64,000 nucleotides of DNA. Origin: Candidatus Nanoarchaeia archaeon. GTDB taxonomy: Archaea; Nanobdellota; Nanobdellia; WJKC01. The notes beneath the pieces are model-generated. The model was not told the DNA's origin, did no database searches, and was given only the letters and a program-made list of their open reading frames with translations. Position 1 is the stretch's first letter; each line of letters begins with the position of its first letter. Where the stretch lies: the NCBI GenBank assembly GCA_041653515.1, contig JBAZFG010000001.1, forward strand, positions 74,332 to 138,331, read 5' to 3'. The position numbers and the translations under genes were made by a program. Positions 26,567-36,489 of the stretch are shown here, piece by piece.

Positions 26567-28216
26567 ATGTCATTTGAAATCAAGGACCACGACGGCCTCG
26601 GCCGATTAGGCGTACTGACTGTTAACAATAAGTCAATCACTACACCTAACATTGCGGTAGTCATTAACCCTAATGACTTAACCATCCCCCCTGAAGAAAT
26701 GATGCGTGACTTCGGGGTTGATTTAATTATCACTAACGCCTACATTATTAAAAACTCAAAAAAAGCCAAGGACATTGAAGCTAAAGGATTGCACGAATAC
26801 CTTAATTTCCCCGGCATTATTTACACTGACTCAGGCACTTACCAGATGTTTAGCAAGGGCGGTGCTGCCATCACTAACGAGGAAACACTCGCTTACCAAA
26901 CTAAAATTGGGAGTGATATCCACACGCCACTTGATTTATTCACACTGCCAGATGATGACAGGGCAACCGCAGTCAGCAAACTTACTGAAACAATCAAGCG
27001 GATTAAAGCCATAAGAACAACTAATTTCTCAGCCCCAATACAAGGCGGCTCGTTCATGGACCTGCGAGCTAAAGCCTGCAAAGAACTAGCCAAGGTTAAA
27101 CCAACTGTTTACCCAATTGGCGGTATCGTACCATTAATGATTAGCTATGATTTTAAACGATTAATTGAAGTAATCCTTGAGTGCAAAAAACACTTACCCT
27201 TAAACACACCTGTTCACGCTTTCGGCGCTGGTCACCCGCTTATCTTTGCCTTACTCGCTTACGCAGGAGTTGACTTATTTGACAGCGCTAGTTACGCGTT
27301 ATACGCCAAGGAAGCTAAGTACATCACTGAGACTGGCACAATGAAAGTGGATGAGTTAGTCTCACTGCCTTGTAATTGCCCTATTTGCGCTAAGCATAAG
27401 CCAAGCGATTTGCGCGACGTTGGCTTACTAGCCCGACATAACTTGCACGCCTTAATGAGAGAAGTAAGGTTAGTTAGACAAGCCATTCAGCAAGACCGAT
27501 TATTTGAATTAGTAATGTCAAGAGCGATGAGCCACCCAAACGTTTACTTTGCGTTTAAACGATTGCTTGAGTATAAAGAATTAATCAGCGAGCATAACCC
27601 TATTCGTAAGAGAAACGCTTTATTCTGGACTGGAGCTTTGAGTAGTGAGCGACCTGAGATTAATTATGCTAATAACCAACTTAAATTACTTAAACTAAAA
27701 AAAGCACCCAAACCATTAAAACTAGTTTACCCTTTTGGTCAGAACGTTGGCTGGAGTATTGATTATTCAGTAAAAAATTATGATGACTTAGCAACCCTTC
27801 GATTAATGGCTGATTACCAATTCGGTGCTGGCGCTGGACTAAAATTAATCCCTGACAATGTCACCATTATTAAAAGCCGTAACCAGCGATTACATGAAGT
27901 ATTACTTAAAAATGAATTATTATTCATCGTCCGCGCCCGTGATGGTTACTTTGCACTACATAAAGCTGGCGCGAAACGATTAAAACAATACTTAAAAAAA
28001 GTGGTCGCGCCAGATGAATATAAAGAGTTTTACCAAAAAGGCGGCGACGTGTTCGCCAAACACGTGCTTAAAGCAAACAACATTAAGCCGCGCGAGGAAG
28101 TCGGTGTTTATTGCGGCAAAGAATTAGTCGGGGTCGGCGAGGCAACACTATCAAGCCGTGAGATGATTGTTTTTGATAAAGGCGTGGCTGTTAAGACACG
28201 TGAAGGAATAAAATAA
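26567..28216 (+). CDS. tgtA: archaeosine tRNA-guanine transglycosylase (arcTGT) with C-terminal PUA domain
   Basis: MSFEIKDHDGLGRLG N-terminus, Zn site CNCPICAKH, ~550 aa. Confidence 0.9.
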   Translation: MSFEIKDHDGLGRLGVLTVNNKSITTPNIAVVINPNDLTIPPEEMMRDFGVDLIITNAYIIKNSKKAKDIEAKGLHEYLNFPGIIYTDSGTYQMFSKGGAAITNEETLAYQTKIGSDIHTPLDLFTLPDDDRATAVSKLTETIKRIKAIRTTNFSAPIQGGSFMDLRAKACKELAKVKPTVYPIGGIVPLMISYDFKRLIEVILECKKHLPLNTPVHAFGAGHPLIFALLAYAGVDLFDSASYALYAKEAKYITETGTMKVDELVSLPCNCPICAKHKPSDLRDVGLLARHNLHALMREVRLVRQAIQQDRLFELVMSRAMSHPNVYFAFKRLLEYKELISEHNPIRKRNALFWTGALSSERPEINYANNQLKLLKLKKAPKPLKLVYPFGQNVGWSIDYSVKNYDDLATLRLMADYQFGAGAGLKLIPDNVTIIKSRNQRLHEVLLKNELLFIVRARDGYFALHKAGAKRLKQYLKKVVAPDEYKEFYQKGGDVFAKHVLKANNIKPREEVGVYCGKELVGVGEATLSSREMIVFDKGVAVKTREGIK

Positions 28217-28241
28217 AAAAAAATAAAAAATTAATTAAGAA

Positions 28242-28523
28242 CTATTTCCGCTTGGCTTTACGCTTTACTTTCCTGCTTGTTGTTTTCTTAACAACTACTC
28301 TCTTATAGCAGACCTTACCTAATATTAGTCCCGCTACACCAGCACTAACTAAGTTTAGTATTGCCATATCTAACAAGTTGCTCATAAAACCCTCAACAAC
28401 TAATAACACTACACCAGCGATATAAGTGATTAAAAACCACTTATTTAGCTCCTTGCCTTTAGTTAATTGTATAATCCAGCTAACTATTATTAATAGTAAG
28501 CCACTTATTGATATAAAACTCAT
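28242..28523 (-). CDS. small membrane protein with Lys/Arg-rich C-terminal tail
   Basis: 2 TM helices followed by KKTTSRKVKRKAKRK. Confidence 0.35.
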   Translation of the reverse strand: MSFISISGLLLIIVSWIIQLTKGKELNKWFLITYIAGVVLLVVEGFMSNLLDMAILNLVSAGVAGLILGKVCYKRVVVKKTTSRKVKRKAKRK

Positions 28524-28673
28524 TAGGATTAAGTAATCATCATTCTGTTATTAAAGTTTTTTATTAACATTAATGCAAAAGTATTAAAAAAACAATCCTT
28601 GTCTTAAAGAATCAAAAGCGACTGTAGTCCAAGCTTTTCTTAGCAAGAAAACCTTGACCAAAAGAACTAAAAG

Positions 28674-28681
28674 TTATATTA
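28674..28681 (+). promoter_or_regulatory. TATA-box-like element (ttatatta) with upstream A-rich BRE-like sequence ~20 nt before tRNA-Gly
   Basis: aaaagttatatta lies ~18-25 nt upstream of the mature tRNA 5' end. Confidence 0.35.
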
Positions 28682-28698
28682 CAGTCAATGTAAGAAAA

Positions 28699-28769
28699 GC
28701 GTTCGTAGTCTAGTGGTAGGATCTCAGCCTTCCAAGCTGATGACCTGGGTTCGAATCCCAGCGAGCGCA
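28699..28769 (+). tRNA. tRNA-Gly (anticodon UCC)
   Basis: Cloverleaf read by eye: acceptor GCGTTCG/CGAGCGC, anticodon loop CUUCCAA, T-arm GGGTTCGAATCCC; no encoded CCA. Confidence 0.85.
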
Positions 28770-28850
28770 TCAAAGATGCGAACTGATGGGCTCTGTGCGA
28801 GACTGAGCTGAAAGCGAAGAGCAAAGCGCACAGCAATCCCAGCAGTCGCA
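28754..28850 (+). repeat. partial duplication of the tRNA-Gly 3' end (aatcccagcgagcgca / aatcccagcagtcgca) flanking a 65-bp GC-rich hairpin insert
   Basis: 13-14 of 16 nt identical. The insert (28770-28834) has a CTGTGCG…CGCACAG inverted repeat and is unusually GC-rich for this genome. Confidence 0.45.
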
Positions 28851-28912
28851 GACACTTGCTCATTCTTGTTTGATAGCAATCTTTAATAAGTATTAGTTGT
28901 TAGTATTCTTTT

Positions 28913-29689
28913 ATGCCAGTTGCTAAAGAATTAACCCCTGTTAACGTGGTTGATAAAATTAAACTAGTGATTAAGAAAGGAATTACATTCAAGAACCCAG
29001 TTATTATTGAAGGGTTTCAAGGCGTCGGGCTCGTAGGCACCTTAGCAGCTCAATACTTATCATCCAAGAAGGATTTTGAAACCATTGGTTACGTTGAGAG
29101 TGAAGGTATTCCACCAATAGCCTTACTAGTTAATGGAGAGATAAAAAACCCAATTAAGATACTATCAAATAAGAATCATGATATAATTATTATTGAATCA
29201 GAGTTATCCATCCCGCGCGGAATAATTTACGAGCTAAGTGATGAGATTGCTAAATGGGCTAAACGAATTAAAGCCCGTGAAATAATCTGCTTAGAAGGCA
29301 TTAACGTGCCTGAATCAGAACGTGATTATGAGATTTTTGGCATGAGCACTGATAAAAAGATTATGGCATCACTTATCAAAAAAGGCGTTAAGAAACTTGA
29401 GAACGGAATAGTTATTGGTATGAGTGCAGCATTATTATTAAAATGCAAAGAGTATAACTTGCCAGCGACTTGCTTAATGGTTGAGAGCAGACCTGAACTA
29501 CCCGATGGCTTGGCCGCAGCTGCTGTTCTTGAAACACTTGGCAAAGTTCATTCTTTTAGCATTGATGTTACTGACTTAAAGAAACAAGCAAGTGTTTTTG
29601 AAAAGAAGATGCAGAAAGTTATTAGTCATGCTGACCACTTTAAAATAGATGAAGGAAAAAATCCTAATAAAACATCAATTTATGGTTGA
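28913..29689 (+). CDS. PAC2-family proteasome assembly chaperone (PbaA/PbaB-like)
   Basis: IIEGFQGVGLVGTLAAQ…IGYVESEGIPP matches the PAC2 N-terminal signature. Confidence 0.75.
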   Translation: MPVAKELTPVNVVDKIKLVIKKGITFKNPVIIEGFQGVGLVGTLAAQYLSSKKDFETIGYVESEGIPPIALLVNGEIKNPIKILSNKNHDIIIIESELSIPRGIIYELSDEIAKWAKRIKAREIICLEGINVPESERDYEIFGMSTDKKIMASLIKKGVKKLENGIVIGMSAALLLKCKEYNLPATCLMVESRPELPDGLAAAAVLETLGKVHSFSIDVTDLKKQASVFEKKMQKVISHADHFKIDEGKNPNKTSIYG

Positions 29690-29695
29690 TTAAAA

Positions 29696-30325
29696 TTGAA
29701 AGCCTTAATCCTTGATTTGGACGGGACTCTAATTGACTCCCATGTTGCTCATACTAAATCTTATGTTAATGCATTAAAAGGCCGCGACTTAGTTATTGAC
29801 AAAACTAAGATAATTAACCTCTTTGGCATGACAGCTGAGAACATACTCAAAACATTATTCCCTAAATTAACTAAGCGCGATATTGACCAAATAGTTAATG
29901 ATAAACGAGAACGATACCTTAAATTAATAAAATTAATTAAAGCACAACCTTGCGCTGATAAATTCATTAAGTCAATGAGTAATAAATTTATTTTAGCTAT
30001 AGCGAGCAGCAGCTCAATGATTGAGATTAAGCGATTACTCGACCAGTTTGGTTGGACAAATCACTTTAAATTATTAATGTCCAGTTATGATGTGCCTAAA
30101 CCAAAACCAGCACCTGATTTATTAATAGCTGTAGCCAAAGAACTTGACTTAAAGATTAGTGATTGCTTGTTTGTTGGTGATAGCCTCTTTGACGCTTTAA
30201 GCGCCCGCTCAGCAGGAATGACTTTTAAAGGAGTTGAGACCGGTAGTTTCACGAAGAAGGATTTTTTGAACAAAGGCTTTAATTCTTACTCGAACCTTTG
30301 TTCTTTATTGAAAGCCTTAACTTAA
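29696..30325 (+). CDS. HAD-superfamily hydrolase (beta-PGM/phosphatase-like)
   Basis: Motif I LDLDGTLIDS and motif IV GDSLFD. Confidence 0.8.
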   Translation: MKALILDLDGTLIDSHVAHTKSYVNALKGRDLVIDKTKIINLFGMTAENILKTLFPKLTKRDIDQIVNDKRERYLKLIKLIKAQPCADKFIKSMSNKFILAIASSSSMIEIKRLLDQFGWTNHFKLLMSSYDVPKPKPAPDLLIAVAKELDLKISDCLFVGDSLFDALSARSAGMTFKGVETGSFTKKDFLNKGFNSYSNLCSLLKALT

Positions 30326-30704
30326 AATGCGCTTCAAGGTCCTTGTAAATGATTAACGGAATCGAAGAAAACATTACTATCATACCAATAGCTGATAAGA
30401 AATAACCAAGCGTGAGTGAATAAAGCAGTGTTACGTCATAATAAATTGAATCCTTGTTAGTTAACACTAAGTAATTACCAATAACAAAAAAAATTAAGCC
30501 AGTGATTAATAATGCCCTAAAAGTATTGAGTTCATCCCGCTTGATTTTTTTACAAATAATTAACACTAATAACCCAGCAATACCGCAGAGTATGAACGTG
30601 ATTAATTGGGTGTTAAGTAAACTATCAATAACCATGTAACTAATAATTGTTAACATAACAATAGTCATGCCCTTGAATGAATCCATACCAATCTCTTGCA
30701 TCAC
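30279..30704 (-). CDS. membrane protein (141 aa, 4 TM)
   Basis: Hydrophobic ORF. Confidence 0.35.
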   Translation of the reverse strand: MMQEIGMDSFKGMTIVMLTIISYMVIDSLLNTQLITFILCGIAGLLVLIICKKIKRDELNTFRALLITGLIFFVIGNYLVLTNKDSIYYDVTLLYSLTLGYFLSAIGMIVMFSSIPLIIYKDLEAHFKLRLSIKNKGSSKN

Positions 30705-31474
30705 TTTTTAGATGTGTTCTTCTTTTTTATTCGTTTCCAGACGCGCTCCCAATCAACCATTATTAATAACATTGTTATTACAAAAGTTACTGTTAAAGTT
30801 ATTGTTGACACAAAAGTATTACCTGCACTAGTAACAGTCCCGTTACTAATATCAAGCCCGAATAAGTAGAGCACTACTTGGCCAATAAAAGTGTTCTTAG
30901 CTATGAATACTGCGAATATTAATGCGAGTACCATTAATAGTTTACCAATGAACGAGGCGATTAACGAGTTCTTTAATGAATATTTCTTCATGCCTAACGC
31001 GATTAATAAAATATCATCAGGCAATGGGGTTGCAGCGTAAAGGATTATTAATGGGAAACCATAACCTTTCTCAATAAGTGACTCAAGCCCCTTTATCTTA
31101 CCCATATAACGCTTCTTATCAATTAATTCAGCCGCGCCACGACCTAATAACCAAGCGCTTAATTCGCCAATACTAGCGCCCAACGCCGCGAACACAGCTA
31201 ATATTAATGGGTTAACAGGCATTACTAATAACGCAGTCATTATTGTTAGCATATAAGGCACTGGCAGTATTATGGTGAAGTTACCAAAAATACTGATTAA
31301 AAAAATACTAATGTAAATACCCCAAGGCCCTAGTAAGTTATAGAAATAATCATTAACGTTAATCATAGCCCCTATCAAGTCAATCCCGCTAAAACCAAGC
31401 AATAAGAATAAGCTTAATAAAACGATTACAATTATTATGCTAAGAGTCTTACTTAGTTTCATTTGATTAGTCAT
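30701..31474 (-). CDS. integral membrane protein, possibly DedA/TVP38-like
   Basis: Multiple TM helices; weak resemblance only. Confidence 0.3.
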   Translation of the reverse strand: MTNQMKLSKTLSIIIVIVLLSLFLLLGFSGIDLIGAMINVNDYFYNLLGPWGIYISIFLISIFGNFTIILPVPYMLTIMTALLVMPVNPLILAVFAALGASIGELSAWLLGRGAAELIDKKRYMGKIKGLESLIEKGYGFPLIILYAATPLPDDILLIALGMKKYSLKNSLIASFIGKLLMVLALIFAVFIAKNTFIGQVVLYLFGLDISNGTVTSAGNTFVSTITLTVTFVITMLLIMVDWERVWKRIKKKNTSKK

Positions 31475-31488
31475 TAATTGTTATTCAA

Positions 31489-32964
31489 TTAAAAGTCTAT
31501 CCTGCCCTCAATTGCTTTGTCAAGTAATTCCTCTAACTCATCAATTTTAACTATTAATTGTTTCATTGAGTCCCGGTCCCTAAGCGTAACCGTGTCCTTC
31601 TCTAACGTATCATGGTCTATTGTGATGCAGAAAGGCACGCCTTCCTCATCAGCCCTGCGGTAACGCTTACCAATACTACCTGTTTCATCGTACTCAGCAA
31701 ACAACCCTTCCTCAAGTAATAATTTATGCACTGCCCTAGCTTTATTATCAAGCCCGTCCTTCTTCATTAATGGCAGTACTTTGGCTTCGATTGGCGCGAT
31801 AACCGCTGGCAGTCTGAGAACTTTTCGCTCTTTTTCTTCCTCGTAAGCCTGCTCGAGCGAGACGTATAATAATCGCTCAACACCCAAAGCTATCTCTAAT
31901 ACATGAGGCGTTTCTTTCTTACCATCAACCTTAATTGTTAAGTCCTGACCAGAGTACTTGCTGTGTTGTTTTAAATCATAATCACCTCTGTCGTGGACGC
32001 CGCCTAACTCAATCCAACTAAAACAATCTGTCTCGTACTCAACATCCCAAGCGTCAAGCGCGTAGAAAGCGCGCTCATTAGGGTGGTGCTGTCTTAACCT
32101 TATTTTATCCTCTTTTAACCCTAACCCTATTATTGTCTTATAAGCAATGCCAATACTAGTAGCATAAGCTTTATTCATGATTATCTTCTTCTTGATGGCT
32201 TCCTTGAGTGTCATCTTGACTGGTTTATTATCCTTATAAGACATTAATGGTAATTCTAGTTCTGCATAATCATTAAACTTAGCGTACTTATTCTTATCAC
32301 TTTTTAATATGAATAATTGGGCTTCAGCTTGGTTGAACTCCCTGCCACGCAATAAACCTTGGCGCGGGCTAATCTCATTCCTGAACGCCTTGCCAATCTG
32401 GAACACGCCAAAAGGCAGTGTGCTCCTAAAGAAATCATAGTAACGCTTGAATTGTAAATAAGTAGTAGTCGCTGTCTCAGGTCGCAGGAATGCTTCAGTG
32501 TTAATACCAATAGTAGTCTTGAGCATCATGTTGATTGGCTCAGCCTTGCTTAATTGTGACTTGCACTTTAAGCACTTAATGCCTAGTTGGTCAATCTTTG
32601 TGTCATACTCCTCGTAAGTTAAGCCGTCAACTAATTCTTTTGGGTATAACTCACTTATCAGTTTGTCAGCCCTGTAATAAGCCCCGCATTTAGTGCACTT
32701 AATTAGTGGGTCTGTAAAACCACCCACGTGGCCGCTCGCCTCCCATACTTTGCGCGGCATGATTATTGGCGCACTAACTTCATAATAACCCTCCTCGAAG
32801 TATGATTCCCTGATAGTGTTAGCTATGTTGTGCCATAGCATTGTGCCGTAAGGCCCTAAGTCGTAGAAGCCGGCCAGGCCGCCCTCATAAATTTCAGGGC
32901 TCGGACCCCAGATAAAGCCCTTGCGCTTGAATAAAGAGGTAATCTTATCATAATCCTTCTTCAT
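31489..32964 (-). CDS. glyS: glycyl-tRNA synthetase (archaeal/eukaryotic-type alpha2)
   Basis: N-terminus KRKGFIWGPSPEIYEGGLAGFYDLGPYG and class II motifs. Confidence 0.9.
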   Translation of the reverse strand: MKKDYDKITSLFKRKGFIWGPSPEIYEGGLAGFYDLGPYGTMLWHNIANTIRESYFEEGYYEVSAPIIMPRKVWEASGHVGGFTDPLIKCTKCGAYYRADKLISELYPKELVDGLTYEEYDTKIDQLGIKCLKCKSQLSKAEPINMMLKTTIGINTEAFLRPETATTTYLQFKRYYDFFRSTLPFGVFQIGKAFRNEISPRQGLLRGREFNQAEAQLFILKSDKNKYAKFNDYAELELPLMSYKDNKPVKMTLKEAIKKKIIMNKAYATSIGIAYKTIIGLGLKEDKIRLRQHHPNERAFYALDAWDVEYETDCFSWIELGGVHDRGDYDLKQHSKYSGQDLTIKVDGKKETPHVLEIALGVERLLYVSLEQAYEEEKERKVLRLPAVIAPIEAKVLPLMKKDGLDNKARAVHKLLLEEGLFAEYDETGSIGKRYRRADEEGVPFCITIDHDTLEKDTVTLRDRDSMKQLIVKIDELEELLDKAIEGRIDF

Positions 32965-32999
32965 AAGATGATTTAGAACAAAATAGTCCTTTTTAAGGT

Positions 33000-33713
33000 T
33001 TATTTAAATTTTTGAAGAGTTTTAGAGAATATTTTCTTACTTTTTTTATTTAAACTTTCTGTGAAGTTAGCGAGTTGTTTCTCATAATTATTATTGTTTA
33101 GCTTTTTTAGTTCAAATAACATTTTAAGAAGTTCCATGTTTTCCTTTCCATTTTCAAGGCTTTCCTTAATACTCTCAAAATCTTTTGTTTTCCTATATTC
33201 ATCTACAAATTCAGATATATTTTTAATGTCTTCTGCGCTTTCATTTTTGTTACGCATATCAATCATCCACCCTAAAATCCACGCATCTTCATTTAACTTC
33301 TTTTTTTTATCTTCTTCATCAATAATACCACAGACCTTTCTATATAACTCTTTGTTATAATCACGTCTAATCATTAATGTAGTTGATGTTGATATCATTG
33401 TAGCCGCAACTACTGGCAAGAAGAGTGTTAGTATTCCTCCACCTATCATTAGACTACTACTTATATCTTTCTTTTTAGACTTCAACTCCTTGCCATTCAA
33501 GAATCCTTTTATTTCATTCCGAGTTTCTGTTTTAGAAAGTCTGTAAAAAATTCTAAATACCTCCAGTGCTAGTGTGTCATCTTTAAATTTATCTAAATTT
33601 TCAAACGCTTGTTTTTGTAATGGACTTAATTTATTTTCATCAATTACTTTTTTATATTGTTTTACAAGTTTTTTAATTATACTCATCTTTATTTTCTTGC
33701 CAAGACTAAACAT
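33000..33713 (-). CDS. hypothetical coiled-coil protein with one TM segment
   Basis: ORF only. Confidence 0.35.
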   Translation of the reverse strand: MFSLGKKIKMSIIKKLVKQYKKVIDENKLSPLQKQAFENLDKFKDDTLALEVFRIFYRLSKTETRNEIKGFLNGKELKSKKKDISSSLMIGGGILTLFLPVVAATMISTSTTLMIRRDYNKELYRKVCGIIDEEDKKKKLNEDAWILGWMIDMRNKNESAEDIKNISEFVDEYRKTKDFESIKESLENGKENMELLKMLFELKKLNNNNYEKQLANFTESLNKKSKKIFSKTLQKFK

Positions 33714-33893
33714 ATTATTCTTTTTTTAGTTTAGTAAACTATTTAAAACTATCTTTGCGTTCAATTGTTCACCACTGTGTCACCCCAATAATACAGTGAT
33801 GGGAAGCCATTCGTGGCTTCCCACTGTTTTATATTTATTTACCACTATTAGTGGTGCTAATGTTTATAAAGTGATTATTTACTAATTCATTTA

Positions 33894-34586
33894 ATGGATT
33901 TAATTGAATTATTGAAGGATAAGAAGGCTATCTTGTTTGATTGGGATGGAGTCTTGTTTAATTCATTGCCTGCTCATTTGAAGCACGCTAAGCATTGCTG
34001 TGAGGCGCGCGGCATTATTAATCACCCTGTTTTTGAGTCAATGAAGGCTTATCGTGAGTTCCTGAGTGATTGCCCGGGCCATTTCTCTGAGATTTATAAA
34101 AAACTAGGCATTGATTACATGCTTAATCATGAGCAAATAACTAATGATTTCATTAAGTTCATGAATGATTCTTCTCTTGAATTATTTGACGGCGCTTATG
34201 AATTGCTTTGTGATTTAAAAGAGCATTACTTGGTTGGCTTGGTTACTTCATCATTCCGCGAGAGTGTTATCCCGCGTTTGCCTTATGGTTTTAATTTTCA
34301 TAGTGAAGTTTTTGCTGGCGAGGCAGCGTCAAAACCAGCGCCTAACGGCATCATTAAGTGCTTGGCTGAGCTTGACGTTAAACCTGAGGAAGCGGTTTAC
34401 GTTGGTGACATGATTAGTGATGCCCAAGCAGCTAGTGCTGCAGGGGTTAGTTTCATTGGTGTGACGTATGGTTATAATAATCATCAAGCACTGGCAGCCC
34501 AACCGCACTTATTAATTGTTGACAGTGTCGAAACGCTTAAAAAGACCCTGCTTACTTATAGTAGATTGTCAGCGACCATAACTTAA
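33894..34586 (+). CDS. HAD-superfamily hydrolase
   Basis: Motif I LFDWDGVLFNS and motif IV GDMISD. The 3' end overlaps the 5S rRNA. Confidence 0.75.
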   Translation: MDLIELLKDKKAILFDWDGVLFNSLPAHLKHAKHCCEARGIINHPVFESMKAYREFLSDCPGHFSEIYKKLGIDYMLNHEQITNDFIKFMNDSSLELFDGAYELLCDLKEHYLVGLVTSSFRESVIPRLPYGFNFHSEVFAGEAASKPAPNGIIKCLAELDVKPEEAVYVGDMISDAQAASAAGVSFIGVTYGYNNHQALAAQPHLLIVDSVETLKKTLLTYSRLSATIT

Positions 34587-34682
34587 GGGGTACCACCCGT
34601 TCTCATCCCGAACACGGAAGTTAAGCCTTTAAGTGTTATAACCTGTACTGTGTAATACATGGGAACGTTATAAGTTGCCGAC
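34568..34682 (+). rRNA. 5S ribosomal RNA (stand-alone)
   Basis: CCACCCGTTCTCATCCCGAACACGGAAGTTAAGC matches the universal 5S helix II/III-loop C region. Terminal helix GTCAGCGAC/GTTGCCGAC; ~115 nt. Confidence 0.8.
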
Positions 34683-34751
34683 ATCTATTTTTTTTTAAAT
34701 TACACTAGTGCTAACTAAGAACTTTTATAAAATAGTACATTTTACTATAGA

Positions 34752-35729
34752 ATGATGACTTTATCTGAGACGCTCCCCGGTGTTAATCAAGGTAATCTGA
34801 AAGACATTTATAATTACATTTCACGCTCAATTAATGAGGATTATGTATGTGTTATCAAGTTAAAAAATGATGATGAGTTATTAATCCTTTTTGATTTAAT
34901 TACTAGGCTTTTTGCTTACACCAAAGAATCTGATAGTAAGGATGATGATATTAAGAAGTACATTTTAAGTAAAATTGAACATAAGTCAGGCTATGGCTTT
35001 TTGGTGAAATTATTTAGACTTGCTAACGATTGTTATAAAAAGTATTACAATAAAATTCCAAAAACCGTTTATAAAAACCTTATAGAAATAATTTATGATA
35101 ATAGAATATTTGATTCGGATGAGGGAAGTGGTTATGATACTAATTTAGAAAGTTGTTACGTCATTGCTGCCGAGCTTGTTGGTGATAATAAATTGTATCT
35201 TAATGATAACCCTGTTAATAAATGGTCTTTAGAACAAAAAAGGGTTTATGTTCATAAGAAATTGAAAGAAAAGATTGATTCAATAAAGACTTCCGATGAC
35301 TTGAATAAGTACTTCTTTAATAATTATAAAAAATTTAGTGATGAAGAAAGTTATCATGTGTTAAAAATGCCTTCTATGTTAATCTTCTTTGGTGGCGATA
35401 TTTATACCTTTAATAAGGAACAGCAAAGTGCTGTACTAGATAATTTCTCTTATTTTGTTAAAAAGATGCAACAGATAATTGATAGTATCAATAGTATTGA
35501 GGATTTGTATAAAGCTTATTACTTAACCCAGTCTGTCATTTCTGATGCTAAGGAATTGTATTATACATTTGATGCACCTGATTTTAAAGAAACGCTAAAG
35601 TTTAAAGAAAAGCTAAAGAATACTTATAAGTCACTTGAGGAATCACTTAATGATAAACTAAAGAGTTTAGGGCCTTTCCTTAACAGTTCGTATGAAAAAA
35701 GGATTAATAAAATTAAGAAATCTAAGTAG
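34752..35729 (+). CDS. hypothetical protein (325 aa)
   Basis: ORF only. Confidence 0.4.
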   Translation: MMTLSETLPGVNQGNLKDIYNYISRSINEDYVCVIKLKNDDELLILFDLITRLFAYTKESDSKDDDIKKYILSKIEHKSGYGFLVKLFRLANDCYKKYYNKIPKTVYKNLIEIIYDNRIFDSDEGSGYDTNLESCYVIAAELVGDNKLYLNDNPVNKWSLEQKRVYVHKKLKEKIDSIKTSDDLNKYFFNNYKKFSDEESYHVLKMPSMLIFFGGDIYTFNKEQQSAVLDNFSYFVKKMQQIIDSINSIEDLYKAYYLTQSVISDAKELYYTFDAPDFKETLKFKEKLKNTYKSLEESLNDKLKSLGPFLNSSYEKRINKIKKSK

Positions 35730-35731
35730 TT

Positions 35732-36358
35732 TTATACTTCGCAGTTCCACTCTGCTAAGAATCTTTTAACAAATTCTTTAACGTACTCGTATCGCTCTCG
35801 GGCTAGTTCTTGTCCTTTCTTAGTGTTGAATGTCTCTGGTTTTATCTTTAGTATTTTCTCATAAAAGTGATTAATCGCGGTAGTGGTGTTAGCCGCGCCC
35901 TTGTACTCACCTGCAGGTATGCTCGGGTCATGCATTGAGCCGTGGTGCTTGCCTGCTTGATAAAAAACCCTTGCTATTATCATCGCGCCCAAAGCGTCCA
36001 GTCGGTCAGCGTCCTGAAGTATTCCTGCTTCAATAGTTTCAGGTTTTATTTGAGTTGAGTAACGGTGAACTCTTATTGAGTGAACAATGTTATCCTGCTG
36101 TGCTGGGGTGTAATCATATTCTTTAAGTAACTCGCGCGCCATCTCAGCCCCTTGTTCAGCGTGACAAGGACCGTTTGGGTTGCTTTCATCAAGGTGTCGG
36201 GCAATATCATGCATTAACGCTGCTGCCTTTACTACTTCAACATCGCATTGCTCTATCTTAGCTATTCTTAAAGCATTATTATACACCCTGTTTATGTGCT
36301 CGGTGCCGTGACCGCCAGCGCTGTAATAATCCTTAAGGTCAGATAATTTTACTTTCAT
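35732..36358 (-). CDS. HD-domain phosphohydrolase
   Basis: HDIARH … DADRLDALGA HD motifs. Confidence 0.8.
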   Translation of the reverse strand: MKVKLSDLKDYYSAGGHGTEHINRVYNNALRIAKIEQCDVEVVKAAALMHDIARHLDESNPNGPCHAEQGAEMARELLKEYDYTPAQQDNIVHSIRVHRYSTQIKPETIEAGILQDADRLDALGAMIIARVFYQAGKHHGSMHDPSIPAGEYKGAANTTTAINHFYEKILKIKPETFNTKKGQELARERYEYVKEFVKRFLAEWNCEV

Positions 36359-36489
36359 CTTAAGACACTTAAGTTAATAAGTAGTATAAATATAATTTCA
36401 AGGCGACCGAAGCCGCCCTGAAACAGCGTTTGAGGGATAACAACACACTTTTGACAAGGAGCGTTGTTACAAGAATAGTTCTGTTTTAA

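Noticed and set aside
28612-28863. 83-aa minus-strand ORF from the track
   Set aside because: It lies antisense across the tRNA-Gly gene and its GC-rich downstream block, so it is a chance open frame in RNA-gene sequence.
36395-36470. C/D-box sRNA interpretation of the GC-rich intergenic segment
   Set aside because: I could not find convincing C (RUGAUGA) and D (CUGA) box pairs at the right spacing. It is kept only as a generic structured-RNA candidate.
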